Below are positions 34,763 to 46,355 of a DNA stretch of 64,000 nucleotides, piece by piece; position 1 is the first letter of the stretch, and every line of letters starts with the position of its first letter. This DNA comes from Azolla caroliniana (taxonomy: Eukaryota > Plantae > Polypodiophyta). Location: NCBI GenBank assembly GCA_043228905.1, contig JBHGNT010000001.1, positions 11,284,001 to 11,348,000 on the forward strand. Reading direction: 5' to 3'. Position numbers and translations under genes: made by a program. A model generated the notes under the pieces. The model did no database searches and was not told the DNA's origin. It saw only the letters and a list, made by a program, of their open reading frames with translations.

Positions 34763-37700
34763 ACTACGCATCTTGGTCATACAAGATGCACCAGTACCTA
34801 CTTGGGCATGGCTACTGGAGTTATGTCGACGGAGTGAACGACTCAGCACCGGAGACGACACATAAGGACTTCCCAGTGTGGGAACAGGCAGCAAGTAGGG
34901 TGATGTACTGCTTCGCGTCCAGTGTCGGTGACCAGCTGCTCAGCCATATCCGTGACGCCAAGACACCGAAGGATGCTTGGGGAAACTTGAAAAAGGTTTT
35001 CTCCGCAAGCACCACTGCCCGGAAGCTGCAACTCAGACAAGAGTTGAGCAATGTTCGACAGAAGAACATGTCGGTGGCAGATTACACAGCCCGGATCAAA
35101 GGGATCTGTGACTCACTTGCCTCTATTAACGTCACCATAGAGGAAGACGAGATGGTGCAGGTCTGTCTTGGAGGCATGGTGTCCAAGTTCGGAGCTTTCC
35201 GGACTGCGGTTTGTACAAGGGAGAATACGCCCTCATTTTTCGACTTACAGTTGATGCTCCTTGTAGAGGAGAACCACGCTGGTGCATCTACCAGTGCATC
35301 CCCAGACAACCGGATGCTGTACACGGGAGCAGATCGGTCCCGTGGGCATGGTGGATGAGGCAGGTCGGCACACAATGGAGGTGGCCGGCAAGAGCAGGAA
35401 CGAAGGCACAATGAGCGTGCCGACAACAGTTCTAGGACTTCCACAAGCAGAGGGAGTCAAGGTGGTGCCGGAGGCTGGCAAGACAAATCCGCTACGAAAT
35501 GCTGGCACTGTGGCAAAAAGGGCCACAAGGAAAGCGAGTGTTGGAGAAAGCGTGCCGATTCGGACAAATCCGGATCCAGCAAGACCAGTAAGGAAGGACG
35601 GCAAAGCTTGCACTACGCAAATGGATCGGGAAGATCCAAGAACGGTAAGGGGCCAGCCTTGGTGATGAAGCACAAGGCAAACTCAATGAAGAAAACCACT
35701 TCCAAATCGGAGGAAGTGTGGTACGTTGACTCCGGCGCATCAAACCACATGACGAGCCACGAGGAGTGGTTCTCCTTTTTGGAGAAGCCGGATCAACCGG
35801 GAGTTGTCGAAACCGGAGACGACACTCCCCACTCGATCGTGCATGTCGGAGAAGTCCCTTTGAGCCACGTCGGACAGAGGGGGAAGTTGATGAATGTATT
35901 ACATGTTCCGACGATCACGAAGAACCTGGTGTCGGTCGGACAAATCGTCGACCAGGGGATGCAGGTGCGGTTTACGCACCTCAGGTGCTTCATTGAGGAT
36001 GAGGGTGAAGTTATTGCGCAAGGGCGCAGAGATGGGAGGAAGTTTATCCTCAACACCAATGATGTCGGCACCGCACTGTTTGCCAAAGGACAGAAGGTCG
36101 AGTCGGATATCGACCTATGGCACAAGCGGATCGGCCACGTCAACTACCAGAGGCTTCAAGACCTGCAACCGGAACAAGTCGTTTTCGGTTTGCCGAAGTT
36201 TAGCGGCCGGAGAGCCCAGATTTGTGAAGCCTGCCAACTCAGGAAGCAACACCGGCTTCCATTCCCCACTGAAAGAAATCGAAGCCGTAACAAGCTCGAT
36301 CTTATCCATTCGGATGTGTGGGGACCGGCACAAAATGTTAGCATTGGCGGGAGTCGATATTTCGTCTTCTTCATCGACGACTACACGCGGCATACGTGGA
36401 TCTACCTCATTGAGCGGAAGAGCGAAGTCTTCGAGTGTTTCCGGAGCCTCCAGAAGATGGTGGAACGGGAATCAGAGAGGAAGATCAAATGCCTACGGTC
36501 GGATGGCGGAAAAGAGTACTTTTCCGGCCAATTCAACAACTATCTGCAACAAAAAGGAATTCGGCGAGAATTCGGCTGCAGATACACACCACAACAGAAC
36601 GGTGTGGTCGAAGGAAGAATCGGTCGCTGATTGACGCGACTAGGGCAATGCTGGAGGAAAAGAGCATGCCCAAGTTCTATTGGGCGGAGGCGGTCCAAAC
36701 GGCCGTTTACATCCAGAACCGGATTGGGGACAAGGTGTCAGCTCACGAGCTGTATTTCGGGCGCAAGCCAAATTTGAGACACCTCCGGATATTCGACAGC
36801 TTAGCCTATGTACATGTGCCGGATGAGAAGCGGAGAAAGCTGGATGCAAAATCGGAAAAATGCATCCTAGTTGGCTATGCTCAAGAGCAAAAGGGGTATA
36901 AGTGTTATAACACCCGGACGAAGCAGGTCCGAGTCAGCTGAGATGTCGAGTTTGATGAATCGGCATCGTGGTATTCTTTACCAACTCTGACTTCCGATCC
37001 CGACCTGATGTCGAAGGATGGGGCTTGTGAGCCCGAACCGGCCCAGGTAGAGAAAGATGAAGCCGGGACTCAAGATGAGAGCTCGGAATCATTCCAGTTA
37101 AGCGGATTGAATGAGAGACTGGAGTCCAACCAGTCGGATGATGAGACGGCGAGTAGTGGAGACTCTGTCGTGCTCTCCCCGTGCAAGGAACCGAGGAGAC
37201 GGTTCACACGCAAAGAGAAAGGGAAGCAGAAGATGCCGGAATTCGAGACTGGCAATGATGAGTCGGATCGGTGCGTATATGACTTATGCAAGGACATAGG
37301 CAGATCTTTAGGAACGAAGATCGAACCGGCCAAGAAGGGTCTCATACTGGGTAACGGTGAGCTACGCCGGTCCACCCGCCAGAAGGATCTCGTTAAACGG
37401 TACAGGTATAACGAGTACATGGCACATCATTATGCGTACATGACCAAGGTCGCGGAAGTGCATGAGCTGTAGAGCTACGCAGAAGCGGCGAAGGACACAA
37501 ATTGGCATGCCGCTATGGAGGAAGAAATGCGGGCACTAGATGCCAACGGAACTTGGGACCTGGTTGACCCTCCCCATCACTGTAAAACTGATCGGATGCA
37601 AGTGGGTGTACAAGGTAAAGTACAATGCCGACGGTACAGTTACCCGGTACAAGGTTCGGTTAGTGGCGAAGGGATATGCGCAGACCCACGGAATCAACTA

Positions 37701-39306
37701 CGATGAGACCTTCGCTCCTGTAGCAAAGATGACGACGGTTCGTGTGGTACTGGCGGTTGCTGCGGCAAGGGGGTGGCATCTTCATCAGATGGATGTGAAG
37801 AATGCCTTCCTTCAAGGAGATCTTGAAGAAGAAGTCTTTATGACTCAACCCCCCGGATTTCAATCGGAGGTGAACAAGTCGGCGGTATGCCGGCTGAGGA
37901 AGTCGTTGTACGGCTTGAAGCAAGTCCCCCGTGCTTGGAATGCTAAGATCATGCACCGGTTGCGAAAGATGGGGTTTGGTGCCTCTAAGTCGGACTCTTC
38001 CCTGTTCATCCGTCAAGGCTCAAATGGTCCAGTATGTATCTTACTCTATGTTGATCATTTAGTCATCACCGGCCCAGGTCTTTCGGAAATCAACCGCGTC
38101 AAGTCCCAGTTTTCAGACACATTCGATATGAAGGACTTGGGGGACCTTCATTATTTTTTGGGGATCGAGGTCATCCGCACCCCCGACGGCATATTGCTTT
38201 CTCAACGCCATTATGTGTTGAATATACTGTACAAGTTCGGCATGACGGAATGCCGACCTGTCTCCACACCCCTGGACCGGAATCAGAAGATCTGTCCCAA
38301 CTCCGGACAAGCCTGCGATGAGAAAAGGTTTCGACAAATAGTCGGAAGCCTGATCTACTTGACCATCACCCGACCCGACATTAGCTATCCGGTCGGAGTG
38401 GTAAGACAATTCATGCAGAAGCCGACCGTGGAGCACCTTCAGTGCGTGCAACGAATACTGAGGTATGTAAGCAGCACTAAGGACCGGGGGCTCTTATACC
38501 AGCAAGGTATAACCGAAGAGCTTGTCGACTACACGGATGCTGACTGGGCTGGTGATGCAACGGATCGTCGCTCAACTTCCGGCTTTATGTTTTCTCTTGG
38601 GAGCGCGGCTGTTGCGTGGAGCAACAAAAAGCAGCCAATAGTGGCTCTATCCAGCACTGAGGCTGAATATCGGGGCGCAACCGTTGCCACCTGCGAAGCC
38701 ATTTGGCTTCGGCGACTACTGCAAGACCTAAGGATCGAGGTACCGACCTCGATCCTTATCTACTACGATAACCTCAGCAACATGCAGCTCGCCAAGAACC
38801 CTGTGTTCCATGCTCACACAAAGCACATAGAAGTGCATTATCACTTCGTGTGTGAGCGGGTCCTGAGCGGTGAAGTTGAACTACGGTATGTTCACACGGA
38901 TCGGCAAGTTGCCAACATCTTCACCAAACCGCTTGGGTCGGACAAGTTGCAGCACTTTACCGAAATGCTTGGTGTTCAGCATCTCGACATGCCGCACTTG
39001 AGGGGGAGACGCAAAGGCAAAAAAACTATTGAATCCGTAGGTAAGAGAAGAACCGGTAGAGGTGGCGACAAGAAGAAAAATGAAGCCGAGTCGACGAAGG
39101 AAATCGGCACATCCGAACAGGTCGGAGTGAGCGGCTGTGAAGAAGAAGTGTACACTCAGGAAGAGAAGTGCATGCTATGCGGAGGTCATCACGATCGTAA
39201 TGGCCATGATGCGGAGTCGAATGAAGAATTCGACTTCGGTGAACCGGCTGAAGAAGCCAAGGGAAGCACGGAGAAGGCCAAGACCCGGACGGGTGCGATG
39301 TGGTGA
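34763..39306 (+). pseudogene. Copia C gag-pol (stops and frameshifts; gag start lost)
   Basis: NYASWSYKMHQYL gag, CWHCGKKGHKESEC, WYVDSGAS, IHSD / RSDGGKEY, RT with mutated YVDHL, RNase H TDADWAG. Confidence 0.92.
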
Positions 39307-39701
39307 GAGGCCTGAAGCCGAAAATCGAATCGGAGGATACCAATTTGGACAAGAGCTGGAACGAGTCGGAGACAGCCGATTCAGATCAACAGACGGATCC
39401 GGATGAGTTGGATCAATGAGAGGCCAAGGAGACACGGACGCAGCGGAAGTCAATGCCATCGCGGAGGAACCGACGGATCGGCAAGCGCCGGAGTCATAGC
39501 AGCGAAGGAGCTAAGATGGGCCTATTGAGCAGACATGCCGAAGGTCGAGGCGCGCAGAACCAAAGGGGTCGCGGCAAACGGGACCGGACTGGACAAGGAG
39601 CGCGAGCAAGGCGAAGCGACGCCAGGAGAAGTCGGTTGGATGAACCGGCTGCCACAAAGGTTGACACTACGACCCTACCTCAGGTTGAGCTTGAGGGGGA
39701 G

Positions 39702-40038
39702 TGTTGAGCGGCAAGCTCAATCGGAGCCGGATCGGCTGAATAAGCCTGAGTCGGTAAGCGAGAGGAATTGGTATGCCGGTGAGCAACCGAGCCGGTAAGC
39801 AGTAAGGACCGGTGAGCTGGGGAGCCGGTATGCCGGATCCAATCCGTAATTGGTAGCCTAGTATAGGTTAGACTACTAGGCAGTTATAGTCTCGTAGTTA
39901 GTGTCTGATGCTCGTGTGAGCATTGAAGTACACCGTACTTCTAACAGTCCTGTGTGGACTTGTATAAATAGCGTTGATGAGCGCGTTGTAGATACAGAGC
40001 ACAAAGTATTCATATAATTTTTGAAAATAGTGTGTCCT

Positions 40039-40072
<34 letters not shown>

Positions 40073-40109
40073 CTGTTCTTTCTAACGCTTCCGCAAGCAA
40101 TCTTTAACA
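39702..40109 (+). repeat. 3' LTR of copia C
   Basis: TG...CA; matches 27730-27836 and 34677-34726. Confidence 0.93.
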
Positions 40110-40639
40110 GATTAGAAGGTTGGAGTCAGACAAGTGTGGAAACAAGTCGGAGTCGGACAAATGTGAAAGAGTCGGAGTCGGATTACAGAAGGAAATATAA
40201 TATGTTTTTTGCCAAGTAGAAAAATAGAATTAGTTAAAATAGATTTGTTGTAGTTCTTGGCGAACAAGGCAAGTGTAAATCTTGGTAGAGAGACTCTCGA
40301 ATCACCTATAAAAAGGGATTGAGAGCATTGTAATTTTATCATTCTATTTTGGTTTAATATAAGTCTTCTACCTCTCGTAATAGGACTTAAAGAACCGAAA
40401 CCACATATGTAGGCACCGAAACATAGTTTATTGTTAACATTTTTTTCGTGTATAAACTATTCATGACGTGAACATACATGGTTGAGCCTCGGGGAGCCGC
40501 CATGAAAAAATCGATATAGAGATCATGGAAAGACATTAAATTGTCACCCCCATGGTTTTTAAAACACCTTTGTGTTACCATAGTAACCTCATCTTGAACC
40601 TCATCTCATATGTCTAGAGGGGTATTAACGTGAGATCAT

Positions 40640-43600
40640 GATATCGATTAATATTTGCCCATGATATGTTTACATCACGACATGATGTTATGACTATCTC
40701 TCTGATCTTATCCTATTTCTTTTCCAGAAATAATCATTTAATGGCTCAAAATGACGACCCGATGTCATCCGCTCAAGCGGAAGGAACTCAAGGAAATCCT
40801 CCTGGACAAATGCCCATTGAGATGTATTTTTCGCAAATAACCCAATACCTTAGTTTCACCGCTCAATAAATGACAAAACTTCGGCAATTTCAAAGTGCTC
40901 TCGAGGCACGTGTCATTAGTCTACAACGTGAGACTAATAGACCTGAGGAGCGACAAGGTGAACCATCGTTTGTCGTTAAGCCATTTGCGGGAGACAAAAA
41001 GGAAAGAACCAAAGAAGTAATCTGCAAGTGGTTGGGCCAATGGGAGTCTCATTTTGAGCTTTATCCCACGCTAGATAGTATAAAGATTGCATATGACGGC
41101 CGAGAACTAAGGGGTAAGGCCGCCGCCTGGTGGCGTGGGCTCCGTACTTTGGGGAAATTGCTCGATACCTGGACAGATTTTGTCATAGTTTTCAAGGGCC
41201 AATTTCTGCAACCTCCCTCTCGAACCGAGGCAGCACAAGCTTTAATGAACCTCTCTAGTCGGAAATTTTCCTCGCTAGAAGACTATGTCCACCATGCTAG
41301 AACCCAAATCCCAAAATTGGGTCTAGAAGGGGACAACTGGTTAATAGTTTGTTTTGTCAATGGCATCTCCAATTTGGACTATCATTGGATAGTGCATGAT
41401 AAGGATCCAAAATCCTTCGAAGAGGCCGTTGAAATAGTTCTTCGCTATCAACACACTTCGAAGAAGGACCACAACAAACCCAGCGAAGCGCCCGGGACTA
41501 AGAAGTCGCAATTCGTTGGGAAACGCAAGACACCCAACGAATTCATGGATCGCGATTGTTAGCGACAACATCCTTTTTGCGTATTCTGCAAAAAGAAGGG
41601 TAATACAAAAGAGCAATGTCGAAAGCTCCAACGGAAAGAGCACGACAACAAAGCTAAAGTTGCAGACCATAAAGGTCAGATTCCTAATGTCCTTCAGGTC
41701 TATACACATCATTTAAGTAATTGTCAATGTTCTTTCCCTCATTATGTATTGGGTCCCAATGATTTACTATGTGCAAACGGGTATATCAATTGATCTCTCG
41801 TACAATTTTTGTTTGATTCGGGAAGCTCACAAAACTTTGTGAATGATCGTTTGGTTCAGATATGAGGAATCCAACCCACCATAAGTGATCACACCTACAC
41901 GGTGCACTTGGCTGATGGAAGAGTACAATACATCAACGGGGCAATTAATTCATTAGGAATTTCTATTGATACTTATATAGAGGAACTAGACTTCCATGTA
42001 ATGAATCTTTGTACCACCGATATAATATTGGGTTATCCCTGGTTTTATAATAAAAACTCTTCTTTATCTATTGATTGGGTTCATCATTCAACAACTTTTG
42101 TACTGAACGATTGTACTCATTTTATTCAATGTGTCAAAAAACAATCCCTCTCGATTGTTTCCTCGTGTCCATCAATATCTGATTTGTCTTGTTCTACTCT
42201 ATTTTATTGTGTACTTGATCCGAACATTCACGTTTACAATATTGATAATGTCTCAGTTCAATTAACATATTTTGAACAACAACAACTTGATGAAATCTTA
42301 AATTATTTTCGTGATGTTTTTCCGAGTGAACTACCAGATGGGTTACCTCCTAAATGTAATATAGACCATTGTATAGATATTGTACCTGGCGTTGCACCAA
42401 TAAGTATACCTCCTTATCGCTTAAGTCGATCCGAAGAGGATGAGGTATCAAAGCAACTCAAGGACTATTTACGAATGGGTTATATACGTTATAGTAAATC
42501 TCCATGGGGTGCACCAATTCTCTTGGTTAAAAAGAAAGAGGGCACATGGCGTATGTGTATTAATTACCGACGCTTGAATAAAGTGACGATCAAGAATTCG
42601 TATCCATTGCCCCGGGCTGACGATCTAATTGACCGTCTCTAGGGAGCTCGGTATTTTACGAAACTTGATCTACGTACTGGCTACCATCAAATTCGTATAA
42701 GTGAGGACGATGTTCCTAAAACGGCCTTTCGTACACGCTATGGCCATTATGAGTTTTTGGTTATGCCTTTTGGTTTGACCAATGCTCCGACTACATTTCA
42801 ACAAGAAATGAATGACATTTTCCAAGAACAACTTGGAAAATTTGTCGTTATTTTCTTGGATGATATTTTAGTTTATAACCGTACATTACAAGAACATGCT
42901 AAACATGTCCACTTTGTTTTACAAACATTGCGTGACAAACAATTTTACACGAAGATCTCAAAATGTGAGTTCTTCAAGAAATCAATTACTTATCTTGGAC
43001 ATCTCATAACCGAACGAGGAGTTGAAATTGATCCTTCTCGCATCGATAAAATCAAGCTTTGGCCCACTCTTCGGAATATTCGAGAAGTTCGATCATTCCT
43101 TGGTTTTGTCAGGTTTTTGTGAAAATCCCTTTGTAATTACTCCCAATTGACGATGTCGTTTACTGATCTTCTAAATGGTCAAACACGTAAGTCTACAAAA
43201 CCTATTGTGTGGAATGCTACACTAGACCTCGTCTTTAAGGAAGTCAAGGACCTGGTGTGCAAGGCTCCTTCACTTCTTTTACCCGATCCTTCAAAACCTT
43301 TTGAGGTTGAAACCGATGCAAGGAATTATGCTATTGGTGTTGTCTTATATCAAGATGGTAAACCAATAGCATTCGAGAGTAAGAAACTTGATTCTGCTCA
43401 ATGTCGGTATACCCTTCAAGAAAAGGAATTATTTGCAGTTATACATGCGCTCAAAACATGACGCCATTATCTTTATGGAAATCGCTTTGTGGTAACTACG
43501 GACCACGAGTCCTTGAAATATTTTTGTGACCAACAAGACCTAAAAGGTCGTAAGGCATGATGGGCTGATCTCATCTAAGACTTTGATTTTTCCATACGAT

Positions 43601-45594
43601 ATCGTAAAGGTTCCATGAACACTGTCGCTAATGCACTAAGTCGCATCCGTGAAGTTAACATGCTTAGCTTCATTGAAATATCATCAGATCTTTATGATCA
43701 CCTTCGAGGAAAATATCCTGATGACAGTTATTTCGCAAAATGCTGGGCAAGAGTTGAGTCTGGAACAAACACCACCACATCCTCGAAGGAATACTTCCAC
43801 ATTGCTAATGGTCTGCTCTACCGTAATGGGAAGGTTTGTGTTCCAGATTTGCCTGAGGTAAAAAAGAGAATTCTTTTTCAATTCCATGATGCACCCTCAA
43901 CAGGGCACCCTGGAATACATCGTACACTCGTTCTCATCTCCACTCAATTCTATTGGCCTAAGATGCGCCCTGATATACATAATTATGTGACTAAATGTCA
44001 CCAATGTCAGGTTAACAAAGCCGAGCGACTTAAAGCCACATGACTTTTACATCCCTTGGACATTACCAATAATAAGTGGGAAAGTATATCCATGGATTTT
44101 ATTGTTAGCCTTCCTCGCACCCAAAAAGGTCATGATGCCATCTGGGTTGTGGTTGATCGACTAACTAAAATGGCCAGATTTATTGCTACTAAAACCACAG
44201 TAACAACTCCTGAATTGGCTTACCAATTCGTTGACGAGTTATTTCGTTTAATGGGTTACCGATAGATATCGTGAGTGATCGAGATCCAAAATTTACTAGT
44301 GATTTCTGGACGCAAGTCTTTAAGAAGTTAGAAACTACGTTGAGCATGAGCTCCACGGATCATCCTCAATCTGATGGACAAACAGAACGAGTAAATCAAA
44401 TTATTGAGGACATGCTTTGACCATATGTTGGTGCAAAACCAACAAAATGGGAACGTTATCTCCCAATTTTGGAGTTTGCTTATAACAGCTCCAAGCATAC
44501 GTCGACGGGATATAGTCCTTTTATGTTGATGTATGGTTTTCAACCACGAGCCCCGATTGATGTTAATATACATCATGATGAGTTGCGAAGTATGCAAAAA
44601 TTTCTTCAGGATATGCAAGATATGTTGCATATTGCACGAGATAATATAACAACAGCTCAAGATAGAGCGCGTTTTTATGCCGATCATCATAGGCAACCTC
44701 GTGTATTCAACCCTGGACAGAAGGTATTTTTATGTGTACCTCACAATTCTAAGACATTGTCTACGGGTAAGTGCGCTAAGTTAGCCCCACGGTTTTGTGG
44801 ACCTTTTATAGTCCTCAAACGCATTGGGTCATCAGCCTATTGTCTCGCTCTTCCCGATGGTGTTGGAATTCATCCAGTCTTTCATGCGAGTCATCTAAAA
44901 GAACTTCTAGGTTCTAGCCGCAATACAGTTACAATTGAAACTCTGGTTACTTCTGAAGAATTATCTTCTAAACCACATGTACCAGAAAGAATTCTCGATG
45001 TTAAAACAAAAAAATACGTACTAAGGAAATCCGAGAATTTAAAATAAAATGGATGGATAAATCAATAAAAGATGCCACATGGGAACGCGAAAATACTGTC
45101 AGAACTAACTTCCCTAACTTTCCATTCCAAGAGTGCAATGTTTTAAAGAGGGGGAGTATGTTACGGGCATGACCATCTAATATCCTGTGGTTAGAATTTA
45201 CCATAGTATCCTATACACGTGGATAAGTGTGGGGCTTAAACGAGAGTATAAAGAAGGGGATGATTACTTTTAATCCTCGGGATTGAGACAACCCATTAGG
45301 CCAAGTGCGAACTTGCTTGGGGGCCTTGGGTATTGCTATAAATAAGAGGCCTAGCTACCCTCATTTGATCATCTTGTTGACTACATCGAGACTATGTCTT
45401 GTGGTGGGTCAACTCTTGTAGCGAGCGGGCCAACACCAGGTACGACTCGACGCCACAACGGTGGTATAGGACGCCGATCGAGGCTCGAGTCCATCTTGAT
45501 CCCTTTGCTCGGGGGTGGTCGAGTGGATCGACACCCTTCTTTCTCTCTCTCCTTTCTATCTAGATCTATATTCTATCCTTATCTAATGCTTACA
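40640..45594 (+). mobile_element. Second, decayed Ty3/gypsy chromovirus
   Basis: Gag 40741-41560, PR FDSGS, RT FLDD, RH ETDA, INT GHPG / SMDF / PRFCGPF, chromodomain-like PERILD...KW...ATWE, PPT AAAGAGGGGGAG. 3' LTR runs from 45159 to about 45594; no matching 5' LTR seen. Confidence 0.85.
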
Positions 45595-45599
45595 TTAGT

Positions 45600-46305
45600 C
45601 TATATCTCTAATAGACTTCTTCAAGTTGGGCCGAATGACGGCAAACAAGCGAAGCACTTCGCCCCTGAACGAGTTCAACATGGACGACTATGATGGGGAG
45701 TGGCTTCTGATCGGAAGATTCCTGAGCACGATGACGACGGACGTGTCATGGATGAAAGAAGAAGCAAGTCAAATCTAGAAGAAAGATTGCAAATTCTTCC
45801 TACGAGGCAGGAATATCTGGCGGCATCTGAAGAAGTTGAACGACGCACCACTCCAGGTGGTGACATAGGAAGAAGACCAATCAGTGTTGAAGACAGAGTT
45901 CCACGAGAGTCCTTGGTCCGGACATCGGGGGACATGGGCCATGTTCGAGAAGCTAAAAGAGAAGTATTGGTGGCCGGGAATGTATAAGGATGTGCACCAC
46001 TTCGTGTCGACGTGCGAAAGCTACCATATGCACTCAGTGATTCGACACCGCAGTGAGCTGCACCCGACTTACCCGCCAACCATACACTTCAAGTGGATGG
46101 TTGAGTTGGTGACAATACCAATGGGAGTAGGGCAGATGCGGTACCTAGTGCTAGCAAGGGAAGATCTAACAAACTAGGTGGAAGGCCAAGCATTGACGAA
46201 CAAGACAACTACGGCCGTATGCAAGTTCCTAATAGAGGCTGAAGAGCTATTTGGCCGACTAGGGATCAAGTTGGTCCTCACGATGATGTACAATCCAAAG
46301 GCGAA
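45600..46305 (+). pseudogene. Gypsy integrase fragment (non-chromovirus)
   Basis: FHESPWSGHRG...YWWPGMYKDV..FVSTCES, KWMVEL, LAREDLTN; cut at YNPKAN. Confidence 0.8.
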
Positions 46306-46355
46306 TGTCAGGAACAGTACTAAGATAGAGAAGTACTGTCAGGAACAATACTAAG

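Larger units (their letters stand above)
27730..40109 (+). mobile_element. Ty1/copia element C, with a chromovirus nested in its 5' LTR
   Basis: 5' LTR is split (27730-27836 and 34677-34726); 3' LTR at 39702-40109. TSD GATCA/GATTA, iMet PBS 34727-34738, PPT GAGGGGGAG at 39693-39701. Confidence 0.93.

Noticed and set aside
40110-40640. 5' LTR of the second chromovirus
   Set aside because: It shows no similarity to the LTR starting at 45159. It may be a separate LTR split by copia C, but its ends could not be fixed.
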